DNA of 61,551 nucleotides, filler included, from Asterionella formosa (GCA_002256025.1; 8 parts of 8 records of this genome joined end to end with filler, not necessarily neighbours in it), one strand, 5' to 3'. Positions 24,882 to 37,377 are shown, counted from the whole stretch's first letter. Translations and numbers: made by a program. The notes: a model not told the origin generated them from the sequence alone.

Positions 24882-25979
24882 TTATTTTTTAGACAGACCT
24901 GCATTGTATGCCTGCACCACCTGCAAAGTGCCACCAATATTCCAAAAGTTAACAGCGATAAAGTTTACATGTGATGGTAGCACCTTGTTGCAAGCGTTAA
25001 GCCGATTTTGCACTTGTAACCGGGTGTTCACAACACTTGCAACTGCTTCACTTGAAAGCCCAGATGATGAACCATGGGTAAAGTGATTTGACACTCCAAA
25101 TGCTGCATTTGTTGGACCCCTCAACACAACACATGATAAGGAATAATTCTCCAATTCAGCTGCACCTGTCAGGTCAAAGGGTGTTTCCCACATATAGTCA
25201 AATGTATTGTGAATAAGGGGAGGACACACACCTACCACGTTGCAGTTGCCACCATCATGTTGAAAAATAATCAGACGTTTATTAGCATTGATAAGTTCTC
25301 CCAAAGTAGGCCAGGCTTGCTGCTGATTTGTATGTTTGTAAATCAAATCTTTGAAGCCTGACACAGAAACCATTTTGTTCCAATTGCCCCACAAGAAAGC
25401 GTTCTTGGAATCTGTGACTTGCAATTCAATGATAACCACTTCGTTCACATGTTGCTTCATAAAATTGACGATCCCTGTGGCCACCCCCACTGCACTTCGT
25501 GATCCCGAAATGCACGAGCCGTGACAGAATCCACAATCGCAAACATCGATTTGCAATGCACGAAATCCAGCGGTTAGGGCATCTTCCAAGGAATAAATGT
25601 TATTGTAGCCTGCAAAATTATCTGCTTTTGTTGACATTGCATTGTGGACAGTAGCATAGACAATGTCATTGACGCGCTGATTGCAGTTGGAAGCAAGACC
25701 ATTGCATTTTCGTGCTTGTGGAACTGTGATTTTTGTTGGATGCTTCGTTGGTGCCTTCGTGTTGGGTCTCACAGTTGGACGCTTCGTGAGTGCCTTGGTG
25801 TTGGGTCGCCTAGTTGGACTCCTCGTGGGTCTTGTGGTAATTGTCTGTGCCGTAAGTGAGGTTGCTGTCTGGACCCTTGGTACCTGATGGATTTCTCTTT
25901 CCTCGCCTATCAATTCCATGGAAGTGGTCATGGTAAGAAGGAGGAGAAGTTGAACGACAACATGAAGGGGGAGCTTCAT
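24882..25979 (-). CDS. Secreted PI-PLC X-domain (PLC-like phosphodiesterase) protein with PT-rich linker
   Basis: Signal peptide MKLPLHVVVQLLLLLTMTTS and PTRSPT/PT repeats. Domain motifs CNGLASNC...YATVHNA, GFRALQID, CHG, EVVIIEL, WPTLGELINANKRLIIF, WETPF and NFIAVNFW. Confidence 0.85.
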   Translation of the reverse strand: MKLPLHVVVQLLLLLTMTTSMELIGEEREIHQVPRVQTATSLTAQTITTRPTRSPTRRPNTKALTKRPTVRPNTKAPTKHPTKITVPQARKCNGLASNCNQRVNDIVYATVHNAMSTKADNFAGYNNIYSLEDALTAGFRALQIDVCDCGFCHGSCISGSRSAVGVATGIVNFMKQHVNEVVIIELQVTDSKNAFLWGNWNKMVSVSGFKDLIYKHTNQQQAWPTLGELINANKRLIIFQHDGGNCNVVGVCPPLIHNTFDYMWETPFDLTGAAELENYSLSCVVLRGPTNAAFGVSNHFTHGSSSGLSSEAVASVVNTRLQVQNRLNACNKVLPSHVNFIAVNFWNIGGTLQVVQAYNAGLSKK

Positions 25980-26380
25980 CTGGTACCGGTTTGATCTTTG
26001 GAAATAAAGCAATTGAACAAAATCAACAAGGTAACAATATATATATATATATATCTGAAGAATGGTATCTCATGCTTTTGCTTAAATGGTTTGGATCGGA
26101 CTACCGGTAGCTACATGTGGGTCCACCTACATCATACAGATAATCATATATGTATAAATGCTCATATCTATTCACATGTGGACGAATTCATGTATGCAAT
26201 GATTGCGATTTGTAATTACTGTACCGGTAGTAGCAATTGTTCACTATTTATGAATTATGTCGAGCGAATAAGATAAAACACGACTGCCTTTTAGTGGTAC
26301 TACAAGGTAACAGGTACCACCAGGTAGTTGTACCCTTTTCGCGGTGCACGCTGTACATTGTCTTATGTAGTAAAGGATAA

Positions 26381-28088
26381 CAGCATCTCCACTGCTTCGA
26401 CCAAATACCAAGCCAATTGCAGTTGGGAGTCATTACACGTCATGATGTTGTCTTGGTCGAAAAAGCAAAAATATTTTAGCCACCGTATCGACCAAGACCA
26501 AATATGCTTTGGTCTTGATTGAGAATGACCCCCTTATCGACCAAATATCAGGTATTTGGTCGATTAGACTCCGACCGCAGCCAAACAAAGGAAGCGTTTC
26601 TATTGGTCTAGATTATGGCTTGTGCCGGCAACATAATGTTGACTGTTTAATTGATCCACAAAGGCTTACAATACACATTTACTTTACTCTCTTGATAAAG
26701 AAAAATAATAAACTTAAGTACAAATACCTTTGAATAATACCGGCAGCTATCTATAAAACTATCTCATGCATAAAATATGACATCTTGCTGAATGTTGTCC
26801 TTCAAGTCTTTGATGGTCCCAATATGATGATATCGTCATCCATTGGTGTCAATGCAGGATGCTACATGAGTAGGAGCAGCAGCAGGAGCAGCAGCAGGAG
26901 CAGCAGGAGCAGCAGCCAACGAGGATGATTCATCGTCGATTTCAGACAAGACCAAAGTTGGATTATTTTGCCGCTGTCAAGAGTGACAATCAATAGCGAT
27001 GTGCGAGTTTTGTCAAGGCAGCATTGTTCCTCATGTACCATGATGTGTCATCATTGGCAGACTGCTGCATGTCCCTGGCTAGTATTAATATCTCCTTCCC
27101 TTGCCTGCAGATCAACATTACGCTCAAGTTTGCTCAGCATTATGTGAAGTTATGCCATGGGTATATTGTGTAACAGTTTACAGTTTCGATGGTCGATTAA
27201 TCAGCTGAAGGATTAAAAAAAGTATCCAAGAGAGTTGCGCCATTTAATGAAGGGTTTCACGCCAATAAAGGCAATGTCGTTTAAGGAACAAAGTGAAGGA
27301 GGGATTAGGTGTGATCCAATAGCATCTCAATAATTCAAGTGCTTCGAGTACTCCACTGTCCCACCTGTCATCCACCACTGATGATTTTGATAAAATAGAT
27401 GATTCCAAATGAAGAAAACTAATATAGATTACATGTCGATGCTAGTATGATTGATTAGAAAGCTATCACTCTAGCTAATTGGAAAAACAGAAGGGTTTAT
27501 CTGTTCTAGAATACCAATATACAAATGGACAGTCATATTAGTTTTGATGGGCAGTTGAAATAGGCGTAGTACTAGCTGCGTAAGAATAAGGAATTTACAG
27601 GAAATGTGATGCTACTAATATTCAAAAATCTACAGGTACAGACTAGCCAAGCAGCTTCCTTTGATCCTCCGCCACCTCCTTCGGTTGCCTTTTCTCGTTT
27701 TCTTCCTGTATATGTATAACCATTATGTACAGAAGTGTTAGGAGCGGTTGTCATCTGATGAGTTGCTATCGTTGCTCATTTCATCAGGCAGATATGTATG
27801 AGTACCTTGGTACCATACACCACACAGTCCCATCATTTTCTTATTGGTAGTACCTGGTACCGGTAATCTGGTTTACCAATATAACGATACACATTCAACA
27901 ACATTCTAGTGCTATTTCTATTTGCTAAAAGTTTCGGCGCAAGATTTGACTATTCTAGGATTTGGTTGATGCGGTGGGAAAAAACATGAAAAAATCGACT
28001 ATTGATAAAAAAGATTCTCAACCAAGTGACGTGTATTGATATTTTCAACTGCAATTGGCTTTGGTATTTGGTCAATGCAGTGGAGATG
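26381..28088. mobile_element. Non-autonomous PIF/Harbinger (Tourist-like) element
   Basis: TAA|CAGCATCTCCACTGC...CCAAATACCAAGCCAATTGCAGTTG at the left, inverted copy at 28046-28088 followed by TAA. The left ~260 bp is shared with the Harbinger at 40097. Confidence 0.8.
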
Positions 28089-29508
28089 TAAACAACTGCA
28101 TTGCAAATCATGACAAACCCAATCGTTGCCGGACACAGAGAAAAACGTTTACCAAATGTTTCATTCTACTAATGTGTGCTACATCATTAATTTCATACCC
28201 TGTTGGTTTTACTGCTGGCTGATACCAGGGGGGGGGGGCTACCAGCCAGGTAGCTGTTGGCTGCCCGGTATAAATCCATGGGTTGTTCAACATACATAAA
28301 TGTATTGGTCTGTCATACATATTTCCACCATACTGTGCCTGTTCACTATTGAATGACTTTGCATACCTGGGGCATGTTGCCTGTAATATTTCTCTGCTAT
28401 TATGCATCAGTTGGACCTGAAATTGAATGAATACGCACGGTAGGAGTGGCAATCTCACAATATTCATGTGTTCGCACATCCTTTTATATGGATATGACTG
28501 TGCGTAGATATAAGATACCAGGTACCGGTATATACTAGATATGCCGATTTTGGGGCTTGAAGCCTGAAAAGGCGCAAGTGAAAGTATTAGAAGAGCAGCT
28601 GGATTTGACGTAGATTTTGCTGAAGCAAGCTCAAGTAGAAGCATTAAAATTTGGATTTGTCAAGCTGCCAGAAAATGAAGCCAATAATGCGCGAGCGAAG
28701 TTAGAATGTAAACGCAAGCTATAATCGGCCAATTCTGCGTTCATAGCGCTGAGATGTCAGTGTCCGAAAATCTAGGTGATGCATGGCCGCTGGTGCAATG
28801 GCCATGATGAATTTGTTGGATGTGATGTGTTTGGAGAATCTGGTACTGGGTTAACCACGAGTCCAGATAGGCAGTGCTATTGATGAGATGTTGAGGGAAT
28901 CGGAACATGAAAATGGTTAAGTTCAGCTTCACTTGATTTGCAAAGTATGCATCGTCTAGAATTGCTGAGTGGGCTTGAAGTTGGGTTGCAAAACCATGGA
29001 AGAAAATCATTCCAGTGGAGGAGGGGATCATAATGTCAGATATAGCCTAGCCTCTTTTTATATACTATGAACTGGGATACCGGTACCCATCTATAATTTG
29101 TTATGTTAATTTTATAGAATACTATTGTTAAAGAACTCGACATTGTGGAGGTTGTGACATCACACTTGGCCTCCCAGAGGACCTTAGACCTGCTTGTTGT
29201 CTGCCATACACCCCAGGAACCCTAGGGACTACATAAACAAAGCAGGTGAAGAATGTGGGTACCGGCACCCATATACGGTATATACTGGCTATGTCACTCA
29301 AGGGTTCTCTCAAGGAAAAAAAGGTTAACATGTCAATATTATAAATGTAATTGGTACCATGTACTGAATCACAACAATGTTTGTACAATATGCACATCCT
29401 TGTCTTTACAAATTAAGTGGAGCTGGGCATGTAAGCAATACTTCTGGAGACATTCTTCTTGCTGTTCTCGCGATCTCAAATCTCGATACCCCAGTCAGGC
29501 TTTCCTTG

Positions 29509-30429
29509 TCAGTTCTCACCGTCACAGACAGGTGGAATGGAGTCTTGCTCATTATCAGCACGGACACATGGAATAGAGCCTTGTTCATGATCTGACGCTT
29601 GCCTGGTGCCAGTAGTAAAGCTAAGTCGACTCAAACTTGTTTCCAAAGTCACTTTCCTATTGGCGTAATCATTTTCTTTCCATTCTGGAATCCACCTCAA
29701 AGCTCCTTTCACAATCTCCGTGGCACCTTCGCTGGCACATTCCCCGCTGGCAACAATTAGCCTTGTCGGTTTCCATTGATTCAAAATCGTTTGTACCGCT
29801 CGACTTGCCATTTCTATATTCCCACTCCACCACACCGAGAGTTGAAAGTCCTTGGGTGTTTGCGAATTGGCATATCCGAATTGATGTTTTAGATACCCTA
29901 CAATGGAGTACGTGTCCGCCACATGGCGGTGAATCAAATCACAAAAAATCACAGTGCTGGAACATTTGTGAAAGAAGACGATTTCGTCTTTGCTGCTGCC
30001 TCTTATTAGTAGTTGATCTATCTCCATGCCATACTCTCGCATGGGAGTATCCGAAATAAGGAAATCGACAGTTTCTTCCACTATCATGTGACATTCCACG
30101 TAGAGTTTGGCAGCAGGATAGGCGCCACGCCACGACGATAGATGTGGATTTGGTTTGGGAGCCACAATGTGCCGTACTCCGCCGCACCTAGCCTCAATCT
30201 CCTCCGCCACGTCTTGACGATATGGCGTTGGATTCCAAATCCACGCTCCGCCTCCTCCCTCGAGAGCAATCACAACCATACGCGAGTCCATATCGTCAAC
30301 TTTCCAAATGTTAGAACCAAAGGGAATCATAAAAGACGTCTGCGGTGTTATGAGTTTTGGATCCTCTTGGTAACCGTCAAGGTCTAGAAGCTTGACGCCG
30401 AAGCCGTGGTCCTCATAAGGGATTGCCAT
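29509..30429 (-). CDS. DUF4336 family protein (metallo-beta-lactamase-like fold)
   Basis: SRMVVIALEGGG.WIWNP, GGVRHIVAP, W...YP.AKLY, EIDQL, EIVFFHK.SSTVIFCDLI, and W.PTRLIVASG. Confidence 0.8.
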   Translation of the reverse strand: MAIPYEDHGFGVKLLDLDGYQEDPKLITPQTSFMIPFGSNIWKVDDMDSRMVVIALEGGGGAWIWNPTPYRQDVAEEIEARCGGVRHIVAPKPNPHLSSWRGAYPAAKLYVECHMIVEETVDFLISDTPMREYGMEIDQLLIRGSSKDEIVFFHKCSSTVIFCDLIHRHVADTYSIVGYLKHQFGYANSQTPKDFQLSVWWSGNIEMASRAVQTILNQWKPTRLIVASGECASEGATEIVKGALRWIPEWKENDYANRKVTLETSLSRLSFTTGTRQASDHEQGSIPCVRADNEQDSIPPVCDGEN

Positions 30430-30788
30430 TGTCTATCGAATGCGTGCGATTGCTAATGTACATCTGATTGCCATAATGTACCTTCTGACAGCTTGCTTAT
30501 TTTAGAGCTTACCCTAAATATAAATACGATACTGGTACTGTACTTCCAACGAGCGAATCTTGTCGAACAACGCCCGTGCACTTTTTATATTGCCTTCATT
30601 GCGGTGAATGGTGGACTAGACTACGGTACCTGGTACCGTACTATTATATTCCTTACATACCGGGAACGTAGTCGTAAAAAATTAAACTCCCAGTTAAACC
30701 CGTAGTGGAAGCTAGCACTAGTAGTTCACTCGTACTCCAGTACTGTGCACAAAGGTAGCGACAATACCGGTACTGGTAGCAGGTACCA

Positions 30789-30888
30789 NNNNNNNNNNNN
30801 NNNNNNNNNNNNNNNNNNNNNNNNNNNNNNNNTTAATTAATTAANNNNNNNNNNNNNNNNNNNNNNNNNNNNNNNNNNNNNNNNNNNN
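30789..30888. other. Artificial contig spacer
   Basis: N-run/TTAATTAATTAA/N-run. Confidence 0.98.
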
Positions 30889-31375
30889 TTGTCAAGAGTC
30901 CAATCTCTGTGGGAAGTGTACCTGTGAAAGTATTGGAGGACAAACCTAGATAGTTGAGACTTGTCAAGAGTCCAATCTCTGTGGGAAGTGTGCCAGTGAA
31001 AGTATTGACAGACAAATATAGATCAGTGAGACTTGTCAAGAGTCCAATCTCTGTGGGAAGTGTGCCAGTGAAAGTATTGTCAGACAAATATAGATAATTG
31101 AGACTTGTCAAGAGGCCAATCTCTGTGGCAAGTTTGCCAGTATTGCCACCAAACAGTAAATAATTGAGACTTGTCAAGAGTCCAATCTCTGTGGGAAGTG
31201 TACCTGTGAAAGTATTGGAGGACAAACCTAGATAGTTGAGACTTGTCAAGATTCCAATCTCTGTGGGAAGTGTGCCAGTGAAAGTATTGCCAGAAAAATC
31301 TAGATCAGTGAGACTTGTCAAGAGACCAATCTCTGTGGGAAGTGTGCCAGTTAACCGATTAGGACCCAATGATAA
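30889..31375 (-). repeat. Coding 72-bp tandem repeat (LRR units LTSLxxLxLxxNTFTGTLPTEIGL)
   Basis: About 7 near-identical units of ttgtcaagagtccaatctctgtgggaagtgt...; one unit is 6 nt shorter. Confidence 0.92.
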
Positions 31376-33371
31376 GAATGTTAAACTTGACATGAGTCCA
31401 AACTTAGTTGGAATTCTTCCGGTCAGATCGTTTCCATTTCGAATTTGATGATCTCCATGTCCAAAGTTCAAATGTCCTGTATTCATAAAAAGTGTACAAA
31501 AATGACATGTCAATATTTTTTTTGCCACAATAAATGCCCTTCAAAGTTTTTAATTACTTACGTAGTTTTGTCAATTGAGGCCAATTTGAACTGATGTTTC
31601 CGGACAATAAAACATTGTCACCAAAGTCCAATGCAACTGGGACAAAGAAATAATATAAAATTAAAATCTCATGTCAATTCATCATAGTAATCATAACTTG
31701 TACTTACAAAGATTCGTCATATTTCCAAAAATGGATGGTAATACTTCAATAAAATTAGCTGAGCAGTTTAAGTATTCTTTCAAAGGAGATTGAAAAAAGA
31801 GATGTTGTATCAGATCATAAATCCTGAATTCTCAATTTTCTGATATTCTTGTTACTTACTCAAGTTTGAAAATTCACTAAAGCTCAAAGGTATGTCAAAA
31901 ATTGTATTATTGCTCAAGTCAAGGTAATCTGTTTTAGATGATGAACAAAGCAAAATCAATTTGTTAGATTGCAGGTTTGTTATGCAAAGCACTTATTAGC
32001 ATTGTGCTTACTCAATCTTTCACTAAGAACTGCTATTTCTGGGGGAATGGATCCAACAAGACCTTCACCACTTAGCTGCAATGATGTTATAACTGTTCCA
32101 CTGCAACCAATTCCTTTCCAATAACAAAAGGAATAAGTCCCATAGTTTTGTTTCAACCAAACCTCTTCAATGTCCTTTGATTGAGACATAGTGCTTACCC
32201 AGGTATTACCAACTGCTTCAAAATAGATTACAGCCAAAGCATAGAATTGTAGCAAGTTGAAATCCATTCCAGTACCTTGGATAGGCAACAGCTCAGTTTC
32301 TAACCATGACATTGCTCTTTCCTGAGATGTGCCAGGTCTATTAAGTGCTGCACCATTATCAAATGTATTGTCAGCCAAGAAACCAAACAAATGTGAAGAA
32401 GGGCTTTGTGATGGAGTCATTGATTGTGCTTCTGTGGTGGTTTTGTTATTCTTTTCTTTATTGACCTGAACGGTAGTTGCAATGATGGTGACTAACAAAC
32501 CAACTACCAAGAATAGCACCAAGGCAGTTCGTTTACATTGAGCTCGTTCTTCAGCCTTAATGTCAACAACAGAGGCACTGGCAAGTTCTGGGTCAACCAC
32601 TAGCTCTGCATTAAATAGTGTTGCATGTTCCAGCTGGCCATTGTTCGTGTCAAAATCAACATTACCATTCACATAGGAATTGTTCTGTGAAGATGTCACT
32701 AATCCCTGAACTGGAAATGCACCAGGAAGTACCTGATGTGGTGGTGTTGCCACAACTTCTTGAGCCGGAACTATTGATGAGAATTCTGCGACAAAGATAC
32801 CAGATGTATGGTTGTCTTCGTGAGGCACCACTGGTATCTCGTGCAAGGTATTGGCTTCTTGGTCTTGTTGTTCAACCTCTGCTGCCTTTGGAAAATTGGT
32901 TTCATTGCTGTAGTCTACAGACTTCTTGGAAACTTTAGGCACTGCTGCCAAATATTCTAATAAAGTAGCCTCTTCCAACTCATCCTCCTTTGCTTCTTCT
33001 GCAAAAGGGTGAGCATGATATTGACCAGCGGTTGCAGGAGTAGCAGCAACTGCATATGAACTTTTGTCCATATTGTTTTGCAAGTCTTGGAGAGTTAGGA
33101 TATCTGAATCAGACATATTGGCAGAGTTTGCATATCTGCTGGAATCTTGATCCTCCTTTTCTGAAGATGTGGGTGCCAGCTTCTTTTCCATTTGCACTGT
33201 CGCACGACTTCTCTCAGCAATAAGGCGCTTCTCTACGGGGAACGAAGATACTTCTTCGTCACAATGAGTCGACAAAGCAGGGGGCTTCTTCACATCGAGG
33301 GTGTCAGTGGGTTCCTTCTTCTTGCTTTCACCTTCATCATTCTTCTTCTTGTTATTGTTGCTTGACGACAT
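30889..33371 (-). CDS. LRR membrane protein (disordered N-terminus, single TM, LRR N-cap, plant-type 24-aa LRRs); exons 33371-32012, 31928-31860, 31776-31708, 31636-31562, 31476-contig end; 3' truncated
   Basis: PGAF motif, TM ALVLFLVVGLLVTIIA, SQERAMSWL..QFYALAVIYF..CYWKGIGC cap and LxGxIPxEIG repeats. Four phase-1 GT-AG introns fall at LRR boundaries. Confidence 0.88.
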
Positions 33372-33659
33372 GGTTTGCCTTGTTTGTTGTTAACGGTCTC
33401 GAAGGCGAAGAGAGGACGAAATCAATGGACGATGATGAATTATGACTCAAAATCTAATATATTCGTACCGGTTCCAATCTTAGGGGTACGCAAGGCTTAT
33501 CGCTCAATATGGATGCATAAAATAATCACTCCCAAAGTCATCGTCAAACCAGCACACGCATGAGAGTATTCCAAGAATATACTGTTGCCCGTTAAAGCAC
33601 TCCAAATAGCATGCTTAGAAGCAAAGAAGATTGTGCATATGATACGATGAAAAATCCAT

Positions 33660-34150
33660 GGGAACGACTTGCCTGGCGCAAGTCATGATTAGTTGCACAT
33701 GCCGGTGAATTTTTAGTGGACACTTGAATATTAATAATTCTGTTGGAATTTTATGTGAATAATGCTTACACCGAAAAATTCCATTGGAATGATTTGAAAA
33801 AAATGAACAACTTGCCTGGCGCAAGTCATGATTAGTTGCACTTAGATTTTTAACGGACACTTTGAATATTAATAATTCTGTTGGAATTATGTGAAAACAA
33901 AGACTACCGGTAACCTGCCTTGCTCAAGTGAATATTAATAATTCTTTTCGAAAAATGTGAAAAAACAATGATTAACCTGCCTTGCGCAAGTAATGAAGAG
34001 TTGAACATGTCATTCAAATTATTTGAAAAATTGAATGGCCTGCCTCGCGCAAGTCATGGGAAGATGCACAACAACTTTCTTCACACGTGTTTGATAAGAT
34101 TGGTAAAATTCCGTTGGAAATAATTTGAAAAACATGAATGAACTGCCCTT
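33660..34150. repeat. Degenerate minisatellite upstream of the LRR gene
   Basis: Recurring (c)ttgcctggcgcaagtcatgattagttgcac and tgaatattaataattct blocks, 5-6 decaying copies. Confidence 0.75.
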
Positions 34151-34646
34151 GGATACCGGTAACTAATAATAATACCGATTATTCCTTTGGAACTCTTTGA
34201 AAAGGATGAAAGTAAACATATATTTATATCTGTTTACACATATACCGTTTGTATGGTCAAAAAGTAGCAGAGTGAAACCAAATGACAAAGATCTGAATCC
34301 ACCAGCACCTGCTAATAATAACAGCTGCTCGTAGTCTACAAGGAGTACATAATAGCAACAGTACACCACTACCGGTAGTTCCATCATTTTATTTTTTCAT
34401 CGTCATATGACGGTATTCATATCTTCCAGAAATATCGGTACGTGTACCGGGAGTTCCGGGAAAATCCAAATATTGCGAATATTTGTCCGTAAACCTTAAA
34501 AATGACTTACCGTTTTGTTCATTATGTGGCAGTACGGCGTGGTTTTACCGGTAGGTAACTTTTGTTCAAGTTGTGTACATACCATCGTGATGGGTACCTG
34601 CTACCAGGTACTGGGAGTTGACGGAAACTCCGAAGTACGAAACTTA

Positions 34647-34810
34647 CGAGGACAAAAAAGAATTATTGCACTTTACTTTGTCTATGACAAGAAAATATTT
34701 GGGTGTTTGGTTCCACCTCGAGAAAAATGTACAAGGGGGTCCAGCAACCAAACACCCAATAATTTTCTTGTCATAGACAAAGTAACGTGCTATATTTCTT
34801 TTTGTCCTCG
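34647..34810. mobile_element. Foldback MITE with TA flanks (Tc1/mariner-type end CGAGG)
   Basis: ~66-bp imperfect inverted arms TA|CGAGGACAAAAA...GGGTGTTTGGTT and AACCAAACACCC...TTTTGTCCTCG|TA around a ~33-bp loop. Confidence 0.8.
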
Positions 34811-35369
34811 TAGGCACTACTAGTATGTAATAATTTAGCTACCATTTTGCGATTCTTTTTTACATACAAAACACAAGAGACGACAGGTAGTGGCTGTGAG
34901 CAGTTGGAGAATCCTTCATGATGTTGTCGCAACCTTGACCATGACGAAAATACGAATTATCTCCACGAAAATAGAGAACGACGCTTTGCTACTTGCTACC
35001 TGTATTAAGAACGACATGGAAGAAAATACAATCGTAAAAGAAGTAAAGTAATAACACTAATAATGACAACGAAAATTGAGATCGCCGATAACAACATGAA
35101 GTCGCGTTTTTCTTGCGAGGTGAAGAACTCTCTCATTTTTCACAAGACGGAAATAATTGTCATATTGATACATCTTAGAAAAATTTGCGCTATCCTGTAG
35201 AACTAAAGAAATTTACTTCGGTCCATTATAAGGGAAATCTCTTCATTGTCCTGGGCCCCCCCTTAAGTAAAATCAGTCAAATTCAGTCACGGCAGTATAC
35301 ATTGGGGGGTCCAGGACAATGAAGTATACGGTACTCCATTTAGATGGATTTAGGTAATGTTGTTTCTCT
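34697..35369 (+). repeat. ~670-bp direct repeat, copy 1
   Basis: Near-identical to 36157-36823; contains a hairpin at 35241-35324 (CTTCATTGTCCTGG arms). Confidence 0.95.
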
Positions 35370-36156
35370 GTTGTTGATGACTTGCTCTTGTCATGATCAT
35401 TGCTGATTCGACTTGATCCGTTCTCATCATCTTGCCTTCATTCATTCATTCACTTCCTTTATAATTTGCTGTGATACCCAAGATGGTTCATCCTCGTCAC
35501 TGTCATCAGCATCTTCAAAGACGGAAAACGGGTCGTCGACGGCAGCCATGATGGATGTAACTGTACCGGTCAGTACAGTTTTAAATTCATGACATATTAG
35601 GCCGTTGCTAACCGTTGACCCAAACCAAAACCCAAAAACTTTTTTTTGGATTGGTTTTGGTTTTGGTCAACTGACGAAAAAACGATGCTATCGGTTTTTG
35701 GGAAATCCTAAATGCTGTCAACCACCCATCTACTGTGACGTAGGATGACAAAACCATTATAAAAAAAGTAAAATATTTCTATTAGACTAGTTATATAAAT
35801 GAAATATTATGATTCCCATTTGGGAATTAGTTAGTTTTTCCCGCAATTTGAGCGATGTTGCTGTCTTGTCATTGAACGACCTGGTACCTGGTACCGGTAC
35901 AATGGTAGTACACACCGGTAAATGTACCAACAATCCTTTGCTGGCCTCATCCTGTGGTGCGATCCACAAAAAATCTTTTCCTTGACACGAAATATACATG
36001 TATGGCATCATGAGAATCACAACTGTTTCTGCCTTCACATTGAAGGAACCAAGAAAGAAGTTACCAATCAAAAGAAGGAAGATATTGATCGTTTTGGACC
36101 TGCAAAGTGGGACAAATATGCTGACTTTGGAGATGAATTCGATGGAGGTGATGGCC

Positions 36157-36823
36157 ATTTGGGTGTTTGGTTCCACCTCGAGAAAAATGTACAAGGGGGT
36201 CCAGCTACCAAACACCCAATAATTTTCTTGTCATAGACAAAGTAATGTGCTATAATTCTTTTTGTCCTCGTAGGCACTAGTACATAATAATTTAGCAACC
36301 ATTTTGCGATTCTTTTTTACATACAAAACACAAGAGACGACAGGTAGTGGCTGTGAGCAGTTGGAGAATCCTTCATGATGTTGTCGCAACCTTGACCATG
36401 ACGAAAATACGAATTATCTCCACGAAAATAGAGAACGACGCTTTGCTACTTGCTACCTGTATTAAGAACGACATGGAAAATACAATCGTAAAAGAAGTAA
36501 AGTAATAACACTAATAATGACAACGAAAATTGAGATCGCCGATAACAACATGAAGTCGCGTTTTTCTTGCGAGGTGTAGAACTCTCTCATTTTTCTCAAG
36601 ACGGAAATAATTGTCATATTGATACATCTTAGAAAAATTTGCGCTATCCTGTAGAACTAAAGAAATTTACTTCGGTCCATTATAAGGGAAATCTCTTCAT
36701 TGTCCTGGGCCCCCCCTTAAGTAAAATCAGTCAAATTCAGTCACGGCAGTGTACATTGGGGGGTCCAGGACAATGAAGTATACGGTACTCCATTTAGATG
36801 GATTTAGGTAATGTTGTTTCTCT
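36157..36823 (+). repeat. ~670-bp direct repeat, copy 2
   Basis: Near-identical to 34697-35369, with few substitutions and small indels. Confidence 0.95.
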
Positions 36824-36857
36824 TATGTTAATCTCTTCATACATAAATATACAGGTA

Positions 36858-37059
36858 TGTTGATCAGACCGGCCGAAATTCTGACGTGGTCACCTCGACA
36901 GAATTCTTCTTCCCGATTTTCCTCGGAACTAAATATTGCATGGTTTATAACACTTTATAATTTTAGTTTGTGTTTTCTCCTTCTTTGATCGTCGCTTCAT
37001 ACTCTTTGTATTCCTCATGAGCCTCTTCAATCGTTAGTGTGTTTGTTGAGATCGGAACA
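36858..37059 (+). mobile_element. Probable 5' LTR of a Copia retrotransposon
   Basis: TGTT...AACA ends, followed directly by GTTTATCAGACCC (PBS-like) and a leader before gag. The second LTR is not on the contig, so the left boundary is uncertain. Confidence 0.55.
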
Positions 37060-37377
37060 GTTTATCAGACCCATCGCACTCGAAAGAGGGAAGAAGAGGT
37101 TTGAGAAGAATCGGACGATAGCAACTGCGATTGCGCCATTGTGAGCAACAAGTGCCGGAAGTTGCGCCGGTGACAAGCATAACAAACAGTCACAGTATCT
37201 CACTGTCTAAACAGCAGATCATCCAACTTTGGAGTGACAGGTCAAAGGGACCGTAAGACACAGGGTGTCATCGTTCACACATTTTGTCATTGTGACATAA
37301 AATCCCACCGGAAGAGGGATTGTGTGCTGGTGTTGTTGGATAGATTCCACTCATCAAAGAACATATATAAAGTCGGC

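Noticed and set aside
28108..29031. 178-aa and 96-aa minus-strand ORFs
   Set aside because: No recognisable motifs; composition is consistent with chance ORFs in repeat-derived DNA.
34697..36823. TRIM/LTR pair
   Set aside because: Repeats lack TG..CA ends, PBS, PPT and TSD, and copy 2 starts inside a MITE arm.
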